Below, in pieces: positions 23,408-24,000 of a DNA stretch of 24,000 nucleotides. Every line of letters begins with the position of its first letter. Positions within the stretch are counted from its first letter, which is position 1. The position numbers and the translations under genes were made by a program. The notes beneath the pieces were generated by a model that worked only from the letters and a program-made list of their open reading frames with translations, was not told the origin of the DNA and did not search any database. The stretch covers positions 317,287 through 341,286 of the forward strand of contig CAVZSL010000006.1 of the NCBI GenBank assembly GCA_963777935.1, in the 5' to 3' direction. Source of the DNA: an uncultured Chloroflexia bacterium. Lineage in GTDB: Bacteria; Chloroflexota; Anaerolineae; Anaerolineales; UBA4823.

Positions 23408-24000
23408 AGTATGCCAGCAGGATCCACCACCTTGAACCCGAAGGGGCATACTATGTGCTGGCGCGCGCCCAGTCTCTGGAGGCCAGTGGGCGGAAGATCA
23501 TTCATCTCGAAATCGGCCAGCCGGATTTCGATACTTTTGACAATATCAAATTTGCAGGGATCAAAGCTATCCATGAGGGGCTGACGCGCTACACGCCTCC
23601 GAATGGAATGAGATCCCTGCGCGAGGTGATTGCTGAAGATGCGGGTCACCGGCATGGAATGGATATTCACCCCGACCAGGTTGTGGTCAGCCCGGGCGCC
23701 AAGCCAAATCTTTTTTTCCCAACCCTGGCCTTGGTCGAGCCTGGCGACGAGGTGATCTACCCGAATCCCGGCTTCCCGACCTATGAAGCCATGATCCGTG
23801 TGGCAGGAGGAACTCCTGTTCCTGTGCCTTTGCTCGAAGAAAATAACTTCTCATTCGATTTAGAAGCATTCAACCACCTGGTCAACGACCGGACCAAGCT
23901 GGTCATCTTGAATTCCCCCAGCAATCCCACCGGTGGGGTAATTCCCCGCGCTGATCTCGAACAGATCGCAGCAGCTGCCCAGCGCCACAATTGTTGGGTT
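23404..24000 (+). CDS. Class I/II pyridoxal-phosphate-dependent aminotransferase (AspC-like), 5' part; continues beyond the window
   Basis: Not in the ORF track because there is no stop in the window. I hand-translated 199 stop-free codons from ATG 23404: MKYASRIHHLEPEGAYYVLARAQSLEASGRKIIHLEIGQPDFDT...YTPPNGMRSLREVIA...VVVSPGAKPNLFF...GDEVIYPNPGFPTYE...LVILNSPSNPTGG. The ATG overlaps the panB stop (ATGA at 23404..23407). Confidence 0.85.
   Translation, partial: MKYASRIHHLEPEGAYYVLARAQSLEASGRKIIHLEIGQPDFDTFDNIKFAGIKAIHEGLTRYTPPNGMRSLREVIAEDAGHRHGMDIHPDQVVVSPGAKPNLFFPTLALVEPGDEVIYPNPGFPTYEAMIRVAGGTPVPVPLLEENNFSFDLEAFNHLVNDRTKLVILNSPSNPTGGVIPRADLEQIAAAAQRHNCWV

Noticed and set aside
23009-23990. 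Minus-strand ORFs 23009..23200, 23215..23670, 23687..23869 and 23781..23990.
   Set aside because: They lie opposite panB and the hand-translated aminotransferase, both of which have clear family signatures.

Overview
This is a bacterial chromosomal window with tightly packed genes. I saw no rRNA, tRNA, CRISPR array, transposase or integrase. The gene content (heliorhodopsin, PPOX-class protein, small DQxALY proteins) hints at a monoderm, possibly Chloroflexota-like host, but that is a low-confidence inference.

The window falls into four parts.

(1) 263..10579 is a co-directional minus-strand 'light and photo-oxidative stress' block. In transcription order it holds crtB-crtI, then a heliorhodopsin with its own promoter region, then a MerR/B12-binding CarH/LitR-like photoreceptor regulator. 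These are followed by a translationally coupled string: MFS transporter, frameshifted photolyase, PPOX-like protein, TspO-related membrane protein, alpha/beta hydrolase, and a peroxiredoxin-like gene. The ORF track truncates that last gene at an in-frame TGA sitting exactly at the redox Cys position, which makes it a probable selenoprotein (UxxC). Upstream of the heliorhodopsin are four tandem 11-bp direct repeats that fit the CarH-type operator pattern as I recall it.

(2) 10776..13761 holds ordinary genes: an erythrin-VIT1 (MbfA-like) iron transporter, an SDR epimerase and a DinB-family protein.

(3) 14083..21350 is a plus-strand block of unknown function. It starts with a MalT-like LuxR (LAL) regulator and its terminator, followed by a cluster of phased ATCTATC heptamer boxes overlapping a promoter. 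Downstream are two paralogous membrane proteins, an Lnt-like membrane CN-hydrolase, and an anchored alpha/beta hydrolase flanked by two paralogous ~75-aa proteins.

(4) 21375..24000 holds a His-rich CDF metal exporter, panB, and an aminotransferase. The aminotransferase overlaps the panB stop and runs off the window, and it is absent from the ORF track.

Everything here is read by eye from the sequence. No database search was possible.
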